A DNA stretch of 64,000 bases from Octopus bimaculoides (Eukaryota). This document shows, one piece after another, positions 61,383-64,000 of this stretch. The notes below the pieces were generated by a model. The model ran no database searches. It saw nothing but the letters and a program-made list of their open reading frames with translations, and was not told where the DNA came from. Numbering within the stretch: the first letter of the stretch is position 1; each line of letters starts with the position of its first letter. The stretch is taken from NCBI RefSeq assembly GCF_001194135.2, contig NC_068998.1:14543621-14607620 (forward strand), in the 5' to 3' direction. A program made the translations under genes and the position numbers.

Positions 61383-63060
61383 CAGATAAATTCCTCCATT
61401 TATATCGAGGTCTCTTTCATTCTTTTGTTGTTTTACCATTACTATTNNNNNNNNNNNNNNNNNNNNNNNNNNNNNNNNNNNNNNNNNNNNNNNNNNNNNN
61501 NNNNNNNNNNNNNNNNNNNNNNNNNNNNNNNNNNNNNNNNNNNNNNNNNNNNNNNNNNNNNNNNNNNNNNNNNNNNNNNNNNNNNNNNNNNNNNNNNNNN
61601 NNNNNNNNNNNNNNNNNNNNNNNNNNNNNNNNNNNNNNNNNNNNNNNNNNNNNNNNNNNNNNNNNNNNNNNNNNNNNNNNNNNNNNNNNNNNNNNNNNNN
61701 NNNNNNNNNNNNNNNNNNNNNNNNNNNNNNNNNNNNNNNNNNNNNNNNNNNNNNNNNNNNNNNNNNNNNNNNNNNNNNNNNNNNNNNNNNNNNNNNNNNN
61801 NNNGAAAAGTGGTGATTCCGTTCATCAATTTAAAATATAAAGTTTTGAATTATCTATAAAAATCCACTATTATACTTATTGGTTTTAACTAAAGAGATTA
61901 AGGATGTTTTCTTTGTATTTAGCTATACATACATACATACATACATACATACATACATACATACATACATACATACATACATACATACATACGTACATAC
62001 ATATGTGTTTGTTTCTATGTATGTATTTTTGTTCGAACATGTTTACGTTATGTTTATGCGAAAAAAAAAAAACGTATTCACCATTATCTCATATTTTCAT
62101 GTAGATTTGCTGATATATTTTCATCCATACACCTTCTTGAAATTGTTTACTAAATTTGACTCAATGTATATTTGCGTATATATACTTTGTGTATCTCTGT
62201 GTACACACACACACACACACACACACATGTATATCTATACAGACACGCGGTTGTTCCTGTGTGTTTGTCTGTGGTGTATATATACTTTGTATATCTTTGT
62301 GTACATACAGCATACTCAGATTTGTATGTGCACAATATTTCATATTCTATACGCGTTTGTTCTTGTGTGTTTGCCTGTGATATATATATGAACACACTAT
62401 TTGTATGCATTTGTGTATAGCAAATATGACTATATTTCTGTGAACATAATTTCCATTTCAGTACATATATTTATTTATGTTTGTGTGTCCAAATATATCT
62501 ATGATGTCTAATTTATTTGTGTTTAGGCACTTTGCCCGTGTTTGCCATATTTATGTATGTATGATTCATCTCTATTTCTGTATACACGTTTGCATACACT
62601 TGTTAATACACACTTTATCAGCGTATATATAATTACCATACTTGTATACGTAGAATTTCCTGTCTATTTGTACACAATGTCATACATAACTAATTGAATT
62701 TCCTTTAGTTCTTATATAACATGACTGTCTCTGTTACAGTCAGTAAACAAGTATTTCGTTTGTTTTTGTTTTCGAATTTCTTAGGCGAACTTTCCCTTGT
62801 CATCTCTCTTAAGTAATTAGTTAATATGTTCGCTGTAGGCGAATATTGATTTCTAAATATGAAAGATATTTAAATGTTAGCAGTGAAGTTGAAAAACATA
62901 AACGGATTTATTACTTATTTAGAAAAGTAACCGGGCAAAGTCGTTAGTGCATCAGATAAAAAGCTTTAGCGGGATTTTTTTCCTGTTCTGTACGATCTGT
63001 GTTCAAGTTCTACCGAGATCAGCATTGTCACAAAATCGCTGGTCTCGAACCACAAAAAGA

Positions 63061-63295
63061 AGGCGGTGAGCTGCCAGAATCGTTAGCACGCCGGGCGAAA
63101 TGCTTAGCGGTATTTCGTCTGCCACTACGTTCTGAGTTCAAATTCCGCCGAGGTCGACTTTGCCTTTCATCCTTTCGGGGACAGTTAAAGAAGTACCAGT
63201 TATGCACTGGGGTCGATTTAATCGACTTAATCCATTTGTCTGTCCTTGTTTGTCCCCTCTGTGTGTAGCCCCTTGTGAGCAGTAAAGAAATAAAA
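63061..63295 (+). mobile_element. SINE family A, young long-tail subfamily
   Basis: Near-identical to 31-263. Confidence 0.92.
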
Positions 63296-63892
63296 AAAAA
63301 AGAAATTCTTTGTTATTTAAAATGATAATGTATTATTGTTGTTAGTTATTGAGGAGAAAGTAAACAAATTTTTGACTAATTTATGAACAAAAACGAGTAT
63401 CGGGCAAACGGATGATAAGTCGCCATCGAGTTTTTAGGGATGGTGCAATAGAGATCATTTAGCTATTCACGGCTGCAGACAGAACCAACAGTAGAAGCAG
63501 CAGTAGAACTTTGGAACGGGATTCCTGAATATCTCTGCTCGTGTCGTGTAGAGACAATTTCATATCAGTTTAAAGCTTAAAGACTAGAAATTGAGTTCCA
63601 ATTTTACGCAAGCATTTTGATTCAGAAATATATCGTTGCCATCCAATAGACATCCACTTGTAGATTGATTTTCTTTAACATATCCCATCTCTGATATTTA
63701 CTATCTTTACGCTGTTTACAAGTAAAAAACAAACATACACTTATTGTTTAATCAGGAGAGAATCTACAGCACCCATGAGAATATTTAGCATCTTCAGAGA
63801 CTGGCGAGATTACAGGATCTATATATCCTCAGACTGGAGAATGTTAGGAGTGAAGCTGAAAAATGTTAAGGGATTTCTTATTCAGAAAAGCG

Positions 63893-63990
63893 ACCGGGCC
63901 GGATCATCAGCACGTCAGGTAAAATATTAAGCGGCATATGTTCCGGTTCTTTACGATTTGAGTTCAAATTCCACCGAGGCCAACTAAAAC
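63893..63990 (+). mobile_element. SINE family A 5' portion, degenerate
   Basis: TCAGCACGTCAGG..GAGTTCAAATTCCACCGAGGCCAAC. Confidence 0.65.
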
Positions 63991-64000
63991 ATTAAAGACA

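Noticed and set aside
63470-63580. AVELWNGIPEY..FKA, similar to L2/CR1 C-terminus
   Set aside because: Only a short motif-level resemblance; not enough to annotate.

Overview
AT-rich, microsatellite-dense metazoan genomic DNA with 14 assembly gaps (about 4.8 kb of N). The repeat repertoire looks cephalopod (Octopus-like); this is an inference. No intact protein-coding gene, rRNA, tRNA or CRISPR array can be supported, and most long ORFs in the track are N-gap or microsatellite artefacts. The window is a retroelement graveyard: about 20 copies of a tRNA-derived SINE (family A), about 8 pieces of a composite SINE with an internal microsatellite (family B), six R4/Dong-like restriction-endonuclease LINE remnants, an RTE fragment, a 229-bp mariner MITE and remnants of several Penelope-like (PLE) families. 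Most notable points: (1) minimal type-I hammerhead ribozyme motifs at PLE ends from at least four unrelated families, one (560-665) with an intact core; (2) two outward-facing inverted PLE-end pairs joined near the ribozyme; (3) an R4/Dong-like family whose two 5'-intact copies both start right after (AAT)n, one being a short internally deleted (SIDE-like) derivative; (4) an R4-like copy with scrambled domain order; (5) two diverged local duplications and several minus-strand exon-like segments that may mark an unrecognised or decayed host gene (low confidence).
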